A stretch of 63,829 bases of DNA, the filler included, from Octopus bimaculoides (Eukaryota): assembly GCF_001194135.2 (NCBI RefSeq). It is 8 parts of 8 records of this genome, joined end to end, with 100 filler letters (N's around TTAATTAATTAA, not from the genome) between each part and the next. Parts side by side here need not be neighbours in the genome. Positions count along the whole stretch, not along the records: positions 51,172 to 59,992 come from NC_068994.1; positions 60,093 to 62,316 come from NW_026310389.1; positions 62,417 to 63,829 come from NC_068991.1; 5 more parts are not named here. One strand, 5' to 3'. The position numbers were made by a program, and so were the translations under genes. Positions 52,641 through 63,829 of this stretch are shown here, piece by piece (the first letter of the stretch is position 1; each line of letters opens with the position of its first letter). The notes below the pieces were generated by a model. The model saw only the letters and a list, made by a program, of their open reading frames with translations. It was not told where the DNA came from and searched no databases.

Positions 52641-54064
52641 TCAAATGAACCGTTTCTTTTTAAAAGATAGCTGTATGTAATCTGAGAGATATATGGCTGC
52701 TATTTCTAACTCAGAAGCGGTCACACAAAAGGTAATCTTATCGCTATGTAATAAAGCTGCTGTTTAACCCAAGGCCTGACTCAGCAGTTCTCTCTTATCG
52801 AAAGCATTCTAATCGTGACCACCCCATCCGTTTTCTCGCAGTGTCCTTTCAGTATTTAAGACGGTAGATATTGAAGGATATTTAGCCACTTTTTTTTAGC
52901 AAGCCGAAAGACCATATAGAGATTCCAAGATGAATAAAGCATAATAAAGATCGTAAATTTTTATATAAAAATAATGGCATTCCTTCGTTTAAACCCGCAG
53001 AATGCCAAAATAACCGTGTCCTAGCAGTATTATAACAATAACCTGGTCGTAATTTCCCTTCACAAACCAAAAAGGAAAGACTAAGTTAGCTTTAAGTTGT
53101 AATTACATATAGAAATAGGTTAAAGTTTGTATATTCATATTATTTAATACCACACTCTTGGTTTCAAACACGGCAGGTAGTAACAACAATTACCATACAC
53201 ACACACACATATATATTATATTATATATAACAGAAAATACAAGGAGCACTATACTGGGGTAAACAAAACGTTGAAAAAATAAATAAATAAAATATATATG
53301 TTGGTAGAAAGCCTGTCATGTTTACAGGAAATATGTGTTCGTGTCCCACGGGTAGCCTTCGATTTTTTTTCCTAACCAAAGGGTTCTTAACCCACATTTA
53401 CACGCTATTATATATAGCTGTATTTACTTCGAGATTCACCGTTTATTTATTTATTTATATATATATATATTAGTAAAATACTTAAGGAGGATATGGCAAG
53501 AATTTCCCGCCTGCTTTACAACCAAACATCTCATGGAGGTGTGGTCAAACCATGCCAAACAATGACCAGTCTGTTTGTGTGCATGTATCATGTAAGAATA
53601 ACCATGTATTTCAGACACAATATGTATTCGTTTAGAAGGGTGAAGATGATGATTAAAAGTACAAAACGAGTCTTAACATTTTTATCCTGTCTGAGTGTTG
53701 GTCACGACTTGTTTACAAATGAATACTTCTTTGAAATCACTTATCCGTCTATATATAGATATACATATTATATACACAAGCATAATTTTAGTAATGTGCT
53801 AGTGTCATCTCAAAAATAAGTTTTATGTATGTTATGCAGTTATATATAAAACAGTTGAACATTAGAATTAAAGAAGCTCTCAGTACCAAATTAATTTTTA
53901 CCAGAAAAAGGTTAAGTTTATATATATATATATATATAACATACCTTTTAGATAGATAGATATAGGTTAAATTTAATTACACACGTTTACTGTTGACTGT
54001 CGTTAAAAAGATTACTGAATACCATAGTATAGAGATTAATAACAGGTTTTACTTTGGTCATAAC

Positions 54065-54123
54065 TTGCCTGAAGAAGCTGTGTGCACTCACAAGCGAAAC
54101 ATACATATTTTCAAAATAAGCAA
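54065..54123 (+). ncRNA. Degenerate hammerhead-like motif
   Basis: TTGC-CTGAAGA-A-GCTGTG..CACAAGC-GAAA-CATA...TAA-GCAA; stem III disrupted. Confidence 0.45.
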
Positions 54124-54403
54124 CAGAATCAGTCTTATAATGTAAACACTATCAGTAATACAAACGTAAATGTTATTTAAACGCCAGGATTTTTAGAATG
54201 TGTGTGTATATATATACATATATATAATAATAATATTAGGGATAAAACCCAAAATTACAGGTAAAAACTCAATTAAAACCAATTTATTAAAAATTAAAAT
54301 TAAATTAAGTTTCGCAGTATTAAATATATATAAATATAGTTTTAGGGAAAAGTGACAGTAGATTTTCATCAATGAGTTCATGAACCTTGGTTCTTTTCCC
54401 TAA

Positions 54404-54446
<43 letters not shown>

Positions 54447-55310
54447 ATGTTTGTAAATAATGGTATAGAAAAAATAAAATAACGACATAATTCAGTGCCA
54501 AGGACCTACAACTGAGTTTAAAAGGGAGTTTCAAAAGTGAAAGTACGAAGAAAATAACATTGAAATAATCTTCCATGTTTTTGTAAAATAGGATTAGTAT
54601 AATTTTTAAAACGATAAGCCAGCCCATATTGTAAACATAGGTAAAGAAAAAAATACATTTAAAACATCATGACATATTCATGAAAGCTTCCACGAATATA
54701 AAATTAAACTAAATGACAGAATAAAATAATAATAATAATGTATAAAATGGGAAAGGTATATGAAAACATGATTAGGGACATTGCAAGGTGCGAGAGAAAT
54801 AACCGAAGCACAGAGAGAGAGAGACAGAGGGTTTCCCATTAATGTGTCTCTAAGATAAATATAACAACAAACTTACTTGTCTGAAGGGGAAACCTCGCTG
54901 CACACGACAAAGAACAAGAGGAAAGCACCAAGTAGATACCATCGATCCAATGTATACAACAGACTTGGAGATACACGTGAGGCTACTGCAGCCATTTTGC
55001 CGCACTGTTTTGGATTTGCTACAATGAAAAACCTTTACTGGTTTTACATCGCCGAAACGAAACAATATTTACATGACCTCGAACTTTGCTGTCACAGTTT
55101 CGCTTATTTCCTCTTTCTATTCATCGAGCTGAGCCGATAGACAAATAATACGTGTCTGTGTGTGTATGAATCTATGTAAATTATTCGTATGCACGCATGA
55201 TATTACAGCTTATGCTAATGAAGGCAGTTCGACTGGAAAACACGTATTTAAACGGGTTTCGAAATACTTATATATGTATATATATTATATGTATGTACAT
55301 TTCTTCCTAG

Positions 55311-55665
55311 TTACTTGTTTCAGTCATTAGACTACAGCTATGAACGGGCCCGTTTTCGAGTTTAATCCAGCAAATGGACCCCAGTACTTATTTCTTGTGC
55401 GTGCGTGTATAATCCAGGTACTTATTCTATCGGTCTTATTTTTTTGCCGAACCGATAGAATACTAGAAAGCAAACAAACTAACACCGGTTACCAATCAGT
55501 GGCGGGGGACAAATACAAAAACACACATAGATATATACATATGTGTGTGAGTGAGAGAGGGTTTCTGTTTATCAAATTTACTCAACAGGCTTTGGTCAGC
55601 CAGGAGATTTTGTAGAAAACTGAGCCTGGAACCATGTGGCTGGGAAGTAAACTTTTCACCACAAA
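55311..55665 (-). mobile_element. SINE family A
   Basis: Homologous to 21768-22173. Confidence 0.85.
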
Positions 55666-55935
55666 GTGCCCCTCTCGGGAAAATTACCCATCAGGTAGGT
55701 GTGTGTGTGTGTATATGTGCGTAAGTATTTAACGTGTTGCCTTTTTGCACCTGTACTGGACTGCGAACATGCAACTGGCTTTAGTCAATTATCTGGCCAC
55801 AAGTAATCCTGTTATAATCAATCACATGGTCACTAGTAATCCTATTAAGACTAATTAATAGACCGGTCGAATTTACATACTGTCACTATTGTTAAGAGTT
55901 TTTCCCCTTTAGTAACGTATACTCTAAAAGAATTT

Positions 55936-56315
55936 GTTGGCACTCCGTCGCTTACGACGTCGAGGGTTCCAGTTGATCCGATCAACGGAACAGCCTGCTC
56001 GTGAAATTAACGTGCAAGTGGCTGAGCACTCCACAGACACGTGTACCCTTAACGTAGTTCTCGGGGATATTCAGCGTGACACAGTGTGACAATGCTGACC
56101 CTTTGAAATACAGGCACAACAGAAACAAGAGGAAAGAGTGAGAGAAAGTTGTGGTGAAAGAGTACAGCATGGTTCGCCACCATCCCCTACCGGATCCTCT
56201 TGGAGCTTTAGGTATTTGCGCTCAATAAACACTCACAACGCCCGGTCTGGGAATCGAAACTGCGATCCTATGATCGCGAGTCCGCTGCCCTAACCACTGG
56301 GCCATTGCGCCTCCA
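55936..56315 (-). mobile_element. tRNA-derived SINE family C, full length
   Basis: Head GGAGGCGCAATGGCCCAGTGGTTAGGG on the minus strand, with conserved body and tail. Confidence 0.9.
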
Positions 56316-56613
56316 CACTAAAAGAATTAGTACGAATATACATACATCTCTCCCAGACGAATATATATATCTTTTGCTTGTTTCATTCATTAGACTGTGG
56401 CCATGTATTTACATGCAGTTAAATATATGTCCGGTGATAGAGTGACCAGTGGTTTCGCATCCATAAAGTGGTTAGATTTATAGATGACACGTCAGACTCC
56501 AGCGGTAACAGCTATAACTCTAGGCCCAAAACCAACAGAAGATACTCCAGAAGCATGAACACAACCAGCACTCAAGTTCAGAGATACATCCGGTCAACCA
56601 GAACTGCTTTTAA

Positions 56614-57590
56614 CCTTCTGTCTACCAATGGGTCCAATGGACCCATTTCAGTTTTTTCAGTTGCTCTTTCCTACTGTTTATACTATTTGATTCAGTTTAT
56701 TTCTCATAACTTTTATTTTTACTTGACACTCTTCTATTTGTCAAATGGGAAATTTTCCCTATGTTCATAAAAGCTAGAAAATTTCACTTTATACATCAAT
56801 TACTGTATGGGTCCATTGGACCCTCAAATTAAATCCGGACAATACTCTTGTCATTCTAAACAGAATAAAAGCAGTCTCAAATATTATTTACCTAGATATT
56901 TATCAGATAAAATGGCTAAAATTGTATTCAATTCATTTGCTGATAGGAAAAATTATGAAAATATTCCTGTAAATTTGTGTGGTATTGCATCACCTTCAAT
57001 CTGCTAGGTTATAGGGTGATGCAGTATTTCTATATGATGAAACAATTTTTACAATATATTGGATAGTCTTTCAGGAGAGTATTAATTTGTGAGAGAGCAA
57101 TATCTCCCTTTAGTCTGCTATCAAGTTTCAGTTGTGCTTTCCAGTATGCCTAGACGTGAAAACTTGAGTGAAGACCAAATATCGCAAAGGTTATTGGAAT
57201 TAAATGAAGAATGGGAAGAAGATAGTAGTGATTCCGTCTATTTCTCTGAAGATGATGGTGAAAGTGATTGTGTGCTGGACAGTTTAGGTTCTGTGTCATC
57301 AGATGATGAAGATACTCAAAAGCAATTATCTGCAAGCCACTCAGTTATGAATGAGCAAGATGTTTCTAGAGACAGACAAGAAGTTTGGCATTCCAATCCT
57401 CTTACTCAAGCAACAGTAAGAACTTCATCTTGCAATATTGTGCACCAAGAATGTGGACCATCCTGTTTTACTAAAAGGTTTCTCGATAGCATTGAAACAT
57501 GTTTTACTATCTTTATGTACCAGAATCTTCTTGAAGTAATCCGTAAATGGACAAATGTTGAAGGTCAGGTTGTTTACAACCCCTCGTAGA
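56614..57590 (+). mobile_element. piggyBac-like element, 5' part with transposase N-terminus
   Basis: Starts after TTAA (56610-56613). ORF 57089-57589 has an acidic N-terminus, then W...RTSSCNIV..CGP...CFTIF..LLEVIRKWTN, typical of piggyBac/PGBD. Confidence 0.75.
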
Positions 57591-57617
57591 AAATGATACA
57601 AGATATGGAGTCCCATA

Positions 57618-57757
57618 CTTTTCTATTCTAGGCACAAGGCCCAAAATTTAGGGGGGGGGGAGAGTCCAGTCGATTACATCGACTCCAGTACGCAACTGGT
57701 ACTTAATTTATCGACCCCGAAAGGATGAAAGGCAAAGTTGACTTTGGCGGAATATGA
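57618..57757 (-). mobile_element. SINE family B insertion with 9-bp TSD
   Basis: AGTCCCATA duplicated at 57609-57617 and 57758-57766. Confidence 0.85.
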
Positions 57758-57948
57758 AGTCCCATATTGCCAACCTTTGATTCTCATAACCACATTTGAT
57801 ATGCATTCTGCCATGGAATATGGATAAACCTAGTTAAGAGCCCCTGGTACCCCCTTTTTATGTTACTGATACTGTTATGGTGTTAGGCTGGCATGTAAAA
57901 GCATATTGGATTTAGTCTTGCCTTAAACATGAAACACTATCTTGTTAA

Positions 57949-58314
57949 CCCTTTGGTTACTGTATTTATTTCAAGATGCTCTGTGTTTCTTTCAATTACT
58001 TTTAAATATAACAAAGAATTTAGTAAAATAACTTAGTTATCATTCAGCTAGTGTTAGTAACATTAATTGTGACTAAGGTTTGGTGGAAGATTTTAATTCA
58101 AAACTTATGAAAACTAGACATTTGTACTACAGAACCAGAGGCAGTTTCAGCCAGGTTGGTATCAAAAGAGTTAAGAATTGTTTCTCTATTATATATTTTA
58201 ACCCTTTCGTTACTGTATTTATTTTGAGATGTTCTGTGTTTCTTTCAATTACTTTTAAATATAACAAAGAATTTAGTAAAATAATTTAGTTATCATTCAG
58301 CTAGTGTTAGGAAC
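57949..58314 (+). mobile_element. TTAA-flanked (piggyBac-type) MITE: one full copy (57949-58170) and one truncated copy (58202-58314)
   Basis: TTAA|CCCTTTGGTTAC ... GGTATCAAAAGAG|TTAA; the second copy repeats the first ~110 bp. Confidence 0.75.
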
Positions 58315-58321
58315 AGAAATC

Positions 58322-58560
58322 AAAGAGTATCCGGAATAGAACTTATTTACCTATGTTTTAACATCAACTCCTTCAAAGTAGTTGCCTTGTGCAGCAATAC
58401 AGCAGTCCCAGCGTTCCTGCACTTTTGGAATCCGGCCTGGAAGTCATTTCTGGAAGGGAACACAACGGTAGTAAAATGATGACCTTTGAGCTGCATTTTC
58501 ATCTTGGGGAAAAGATGGAAGTCTGCAGGTGCTAATTCTGGTGAATGGGGTGGGGGTGCA
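58322..58560 (-). mobile_element. mariner transposase 3' fragment
   Basis: PPHSPELAPADFHLFPKMKMQLKGHHF matches the mariner YSPDLAP(C/S)D motif. Confidence 0.85.
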
Positions 58561-58628
58561 GAAGCAATACCATGTTTTTTTACATTATTTACATTTGACA
58601 GAGAGTTATCCTCATCTTGTTTGTTGTT

Positions 58629-58674
58629 AACACAACGTTTCGGCTGATATACCTCCAGCCTTCATCAGGGTGTC
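58629..58674 (-). ncRNA. Minimal type-I hammerhead motif
   Basis: GACAC(C)-CTGATGA-A-GGCTG..CAGCC-GAAA-CG-T-T-GTGTT. Confidence 0.7.
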
Positions 58675-59115
58675 TTGGGGAAATTTCAAACCTGGGTTCT
58701 CATTTCTAAGGTATTTTTTGATGTTATTATCATTATTGCTCAGGTCACTGCTTGGAATTGAACTCGGAATCTTGGGGTTAGTAGCCCGCACTCTTAACCA
58801 CTACAGGCATATCGAGTAGTGGTTAAGAGTGCGGGCTACTACCCACAAGATTCCGAGTTCGATTCCAAGCAGTGACCTGAATAATAATTTTCGATGTTTA
58901 TTATTATTATTATTCAGGTCACTGTCTGGAATCGAACTCGGAATCTTTGGGTTAGTAGACCGCGCTCTTAACCATTACGCCATATGCCGCGGGCTACTAA
59001 CCCCAAGATTCCGAGTTCGATTCCAGACAGTGACCTGAATAATAATAATAATAATAACAACAACAACATCGAAAAATACCTTAGGAATGAGAACCCAGGT
59101 TCGAAATTTCCCCAA

Positions 59116-59161
59116 GACACCTGATGAAGGCTGGAGGGTATATCAGCCGAAACGTTTTGTT
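59116..59161 (+). ncRNA. Minimal type-I hammerhead motif
   Basis: GACAC-CTGATGA-A-GGCTG gagggtatat CAGCC-GAAA-CG-T-T-TTGTT. Confidence 0.7.
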
Positions 59162-59319
59162 AACAACAAACAAGGTGAGGACAAATAACCGTTGAATGTG
59201 AATGTTGTTCAGTAGAGTAAGTCATTTACTGTACAACTTACAAGTGTACCAAAGTGGCCTTAACCACAAGATGAGAGTAAGCATCTATGATGTACTGCTT
59301 GCTTGAAATAGCAGTCAAA

Positions 59320-59620
59320 TATCCCCACTGGCACTCCATCGGTTACAATAACTAGGATTCCAGCAGATCTGATCAACAGAACAACCTGCCCATGAAATTA
59401 ATATGCAAATGGCTGAGCACTCCACAGACAAGTGTACCCTTAATGTAGTTCTCAGGAAGATTCAGCAGGACACAGAATGTGACAGGGTTGGACCCTCTGA
59501 AATACAGGTGCTACTCATTTTTACCAGCAGTGTGAAATAAAGTGCCTTGCTCAAGGATAGAATGCACCACCAAAGATTGAACTCATGACCTTACAATCAT
59601 GAGCAAAATACCTCAACCAC
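59320..59620 (-). mobile_element. Older SINE family C-related copy
   Basis: GGCACTCCATCGGTTAC...GGCTGAGCACTCCACAGAC...CCCTTAATGTAGTTCTC matches the family C tail. Confidence 0.75.
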
Positions 59621-59624
59621 TATT

Positions 59625-59992
59625 GATGGGATAAAAGGCAAAGTTGACCTTGGTAGAATTTGAACTCAGAATGCTAAGATTCTGCCAGCTCGCTGCCTTA
59701 ATAACAAACCTTTCTACAATAGGCAGAAGGCCTGAAATTTGTTGGAGGGGGGGGGGGAGGACTAGTTGATTACATCAACTCCAGTTTATCACTGGTACTT
59801 AATTTATGGACCCCGAAAGGATGAAGGACAAAGTCGACCTCGGTGGCATATGAACTCAGAATGTAGCAACAGGAGATATACTGCTAAGCATTTTGTCCAG
59901 TGAGCTAATGATTCTTTTTTACTCTAGACACAGGGCCTGAAATTTTTTTGTGGGGAGGGCGCCAGTTGATTAGATCGACCCCGGTACGCAAC
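59625..59992 (-). mobile_element. Cluster of three SINE family B copies/fragments
   Basis: Repeated GGCAAAGTTGACC / GGACAAAGTCGACCTCGG and GGCCTGAAATTT motifs. Confidence 0.75.
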
Positions 59993-61350
59993 NNNNNNNN
60001 NNNNNNNNNNNNNNNNNNNNNNNNNNNNNNNNNNNNTTAATTAATTAANNNNNNNNNNNNNNNNNNNNNNNNNNNNNNNNNNNNNNNNNNNNACAATCAT
60101 ATACACACATGTACATTTACACACACACATACATCTAAATATAGACATATATTTTTTTAATAAAAAATACATCTACACAAATACGCTCCCATACTTATTC
60201 ACAAGTACACTCATATATGAATGTATAAATAAACCTATGTATAAATAAATACATCTGTGCACAAAAATGTACATGCACCCAAAAAATCATACGTAAATGC
60301 ATCTTGATATATTTAAAAAAAATAATAGTAATAAGAGTAAAAATAAGAGTAAAAATAAGGGTAAAAGTAAAAATATAAATGATAATGCGTATATGTACAC
60401 AAAAAAATCAATAGAAACACCTCTAGTTTATACAAAATCCTGAATACGTATACACAGACACACACATACACATTTTCTCTCACAGATATACGTGTATATA
60501 TAAACACCTATACCGGTATATTCATACGTACATAAATTTTGTATGTGTTGGTTGTTACAAGAGTTTATCAAGATTTAAAATATGTTCTAATTTAGGTTAA
60601 TAAATTACGAAAGTTTAGATAAATAATTTGAATCGTAAATAATTTTAATCTTCTAACCTTTGAGGGAATTAATAATATGNNNNNNNNNNNNNNNNNNNNN
60701 NNNNNNNNNNNNNNNNNNNNNNNNNNNNNNNNNNNNNNNNNNNNNNNNNNNNNNNNNNNNNNNNNNNNNNNNNNNNNNNNNNNNNNNNNNNNNNNNNNNN
60801 NNNNNNNNNNNNNNNNNNNNNNNNNNNNNNNNNNNNNNNNNNNNNNNNNNNNNNNNNNNNNNNNNNNNNNNNNNNNNNNNNNNNNNNNNNNNNNNNNNNN
60901 NNNNNNNNNNNNNNNNNNNNNNNNNNNNNNNNNNNNNNNNNNNNNNNNNNNNNNNNNNNNNNNNNNNNNNNNNNNNNNNNNNNNNNNNNNNNNNNNNNNN
61001 NNNNNNNNNNNNNNNNNNNNNNNNNNNNNNNNNNNNNNNNNNNNNNNNNNNNNNNNNNNNNNNNNNNNNNNNNNNNNNNNNNNNNNNNNNNNNNNNNNNN
61101 NNNNNNNNNNNNNNNNNNNNNNNNNNNNNNNNNNNNNNNNNNNNNNNNNNNNNNNNNNNNNNNNNNNNNNNNNNNNNNNNNNNNNNNNNNNNNNNNNNNN
61201 NNNNNNNNNNNNNNNNNNNNNNNNNNNNNNNNNNNNNNNNNNNNNNNNNNNNNNNNNNNNNNNNNNNNNNNNNNNNNNNNNNNNNNNNNNNNNNNNNNNN
61301 NNNNNNNNNNNNNNNNNNNNNNNNNNNNNNNNNNNNNNNNNNNNNNNNNN

Positions 61351-62040
61351 GTTATTTTGGTAAGGGTTAATAATGTTTGGTTCAATGATATTACTGTTTG
61401 AACTCTCTAGTGGATGCAAAAGCCTCATATTGTGTGCAGATATTATCTGTGAGATGTTCTTCATGTTAGAGAAACCGAATCTAACCCTGTGTGTGTTTAT
61501 GACTTGGGAGTAATGAGAATGTTTAGGAAAGTTCTTATTTAAAGCGTTTTGGAACTGGGATACCAAGTTTGATTTTACACTTTTACTAAAAGGAAGAATT
61601 ACCCAGACATTTTTATTAGGTTCTGGTTTAGAATGTTTTGCAGTATTGTTTATAAATAGTCTTAGTTTATTATTATCATTGAGACAAGGTTTTATTTGAC
61701 GGTTATTTCCCCTATTTCGTGAAAAACTGTTAAGCTTGTTGCTATCGTTAAGGAATTTATGATTGAGGTTATCTTCGTATTACTATTGCTATTAAAATTA
61801 TTGTTATTATTACTACTCCGATCGGTTTCATAATTAGGATCTATATAATTAACCTTTTCTCTGCAACCTGCTTTTAATAAAGCTAAATTGTGAAATTCAG
61901 CCTCCTTATTGAAGATGTATTCATTCGTAGATAGATTGGTTAGTGTAAGTGAAATATTTTTGACCAAATTTCTCGTTATAGAATTTGGATGATTGCTGGA
62001 TTTACTGATATATTTTAGGTTATCTATTGTTTTCATACTC
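61351..62040 (-). mobile_element. PLE fragment (RT thumb and linker)
   Basis: KYISKSSNHPNSI..ISLTLTNLSTNEYIF..LALLKAG; FQNALNKNFPKHS..VRFGFSNMKNISQIISAHN. Confidence 0.85.
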
Positions 62041-62076
62041 GGTCATAATGTCTTACGTTTAAGATGATTCCCATGC

Positions 62077-62162
62077 ATTCCCTGAAGAGAAGGTTACAAT
62101 TTTAACATCACAGATCCCTATGGATCACATAGGTTGTAATCCTTTGAAACATATGTAGGAAT
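62077..62162 (+). ncRNA. Near-complete type-I hammerhead ribozyme, antisense to the adjacent PLE body
   Basis: ATTCC-CTGAAGA-GAAGGTTACAA..TTGTAATCCTTT-GAAA-CATATG-TA-GGAAT: perfect 5-bp stem I, 11-bp stem II with an inner CCTATG/CATAGG hairpin, palindromic stem III and a GUA site. Confidence 0.85.
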
Positions 62163-62416
62163 AAAGTATGGAATTATAACATGCGTTTTCTCCATTCCTT
62201 AAATTTTTAAATATACTCAAATACCCAAAATTTCAAGGAGTTTCTGCCTCATAAACAGGAACTACGCCACAGTTATTTTGTGTTCTTTGCTACAATGGTT
62301 TCTATTAACCCATTTANNNNNNNNNNNNNNNNNNNNNNNNNNNNNNNNNNNNNNNNNNNNTTAATTAATTAANNNNNNNNNNNNNNNNNNNNNNNNNNNN
62401 NNNNNNNNNNNNNNNN

Positions 62417-62456
<40 letters not shown>

Positions 62457-63320
62457 CACACACATATAAATGAAGACTTTTTGCTACAATATTTTAATAT
62501 ATGATTACTAAAGTGAAGCTTAATTGAAGTAATGTGTTCAGGTGGAGACGGTAGTAGTAGTAGTGGTAGTAATAGTAGTAGTAATGAATACCTTTATATA
62601 CTTGTGTAAGAGATCAATTATAGCTGTCAAGGTAATTTTCATTACCTTGAACTGATTTCAAGTAACTTAGCAGTTCTTCATGCAATTTTTAATGTCATTA
62701 GTTAATCAAAGTTGGGTGTCGTATTGAGATGATTAATTAAAGACATTACTACAAACACCATAAACATTTCTATTAACATCACTTTCACAAAATCTTCATG
62801 GTAAAACTAATAATAGCTTCAAATCTAACTACCAAAATATTCCAGGAGATATTAGCAAGTTCAATTTATCTTTTTGACAGAGATAATAAATGGTAGCCAT
62901 TCCTCAGCTCTTTTACTATCAGCTCCTGCAAACAATACTCTCAAAACAACAACTAGACACTCAAATAACAACAAAGAAAAAAGGCTAAACTATCTCTTGC
63001 CATGACACAACAGAAATTTCTAACAGACATTTGCTGACAGCTGACTCATTCAATACATTCTGGCATAGAAAAAAGAATGTTATGATGATGATGACTACAA
63101 CATTTATATGAAATGTTTAAGTAGATACTTTACAACATGTACTTTCTCAGCATCATCAGTATCATCACCATCATTTTTTTCTCTCTGATAATGTGAGTTG
63201 GACAGGTCTGTAATATAATATGTTGTAACACCTCTTTTACTTATATCTCCATACTTGCTGATTACAAGACTTTACAAATCTTTATTGGTTTTCTTTTTCT
63301 GTTTCTGTCATATTCCACAG

Positions 63321-63467
63321 TCACTAAATCCAAATTCAGATACAGTTTTAGAAGTAGATTTAATATCTAGATCAGTCTTTCTCCAAGGAGGAGTGTGGGT
63401 TACTTCAGAAAGTTGCTTAAACCTTTTGATACCAAGCCATCTAAAATTTTATATCTTTATATCTTAA
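63321..63467 (+). CDS. Weak candidate exon (SLNPNSDTVLEVDLISRSVFLQGG...)
   Basis: Strong polypyrimidine tract ending CCACAG with one long open frame; no good donor and no homologue recognised. Confidence 0.25.
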   Translation, partial: SLNPNSDTVLEVDLISRSVFLQGGVWVTSESCLNLLIPSHLKFYIFIS

Positions 63468-63829
63468 TTTTCATTAATGAAATCTTATCTTAATATATAA
63501 AGCTGAAGTTGTGTGTTTCTGTGAAGCCTTTTAAAAAATTTATAGAAATTCACATTTTCCACTTTTTCGTAAACATTTTTACATCAATGGAATTTTCTCG
63601 ATGTGAACTTTCCAGTGCAGTAATTAGATTTTTAAAATTCTGTTTACTTTGTATGATTTAAGGGAGATCTGGCTGTTGTTTCTAGCAACTTTTATATTTC
63701 ATCCCTTCTACCTGGAACGCCATTCTTACACACGCGCTCAACATAAAAATATAGAGAGTAAGAGTAAAAGAGGGAGAGAGAGAGAAAGTGATACATACAA
63801 CGTCATAGATTAAACTTTCATCTCAGTAT

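Larger units (their letters stand above)
58582..59208. mobile_element. Four-unit inverted cluster of a tRNA-headed, hammerhead-tailed element (SINE family D)
   Basis: Units: 58582-58809(-), 58812-58887(+), 58888-58987(-), 58988-59208(+). A box TGGCGTA(A/G)TGG, B box GAGTTCGATTCC, (AAT)n linker and a tail with a hammerhead core. Confidence 0.85.

Noticed and set aside
58735-59040. Cluster of genuine tRNA genes
   Set aside because: The A/B boxes and an anticodon-like arm are present, but there is no complete acceptor stem; these are SINE heads.

Overview
AT-rich, microsatellite-saturated animal DNA. The repeat families recalled from memory suggest an octopus (inference, not a database result). 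Seven identical 100-nt spacers (44 N + TTAATTAATTAA + 44 N) show the window is eight separate contigs joined artificially: 1-29293, 29394-33911, 34012-39778, 39879-44078, 44179-51071, 51172-59992, 60093-62316 and 62417-63829. No host gene can be named; there are only a few weak exon candidates. The content is almost all mobile DNA: Penelope-like elements (PLEs; RT plus C-terminal GIY-YIG), three R4/Dong-like LINE copies sitting in (CATA)n arrays, a nearly full CR1/L2-group LINE whose ORF1 has Myb/SANT-like and CCCH motifs, an RTE fragment, Tc1, mariner, maT(DD37D) and piggyBac remnants, hAT-, Tigger- and TTAA-type MITEs, and at least four tRNA-derived SINE families. The most interesting signal is RNA-level: eight type-I hammerhead-ribozyme-like motifs. 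Two of them lie in the tails of a tRNA-headed (Pol III A/B box) element arranged as a four-unit nested palindrome at 58.6-59.2 kb, and one near-complete motif at 62.1 kb is antisense to a PLE.
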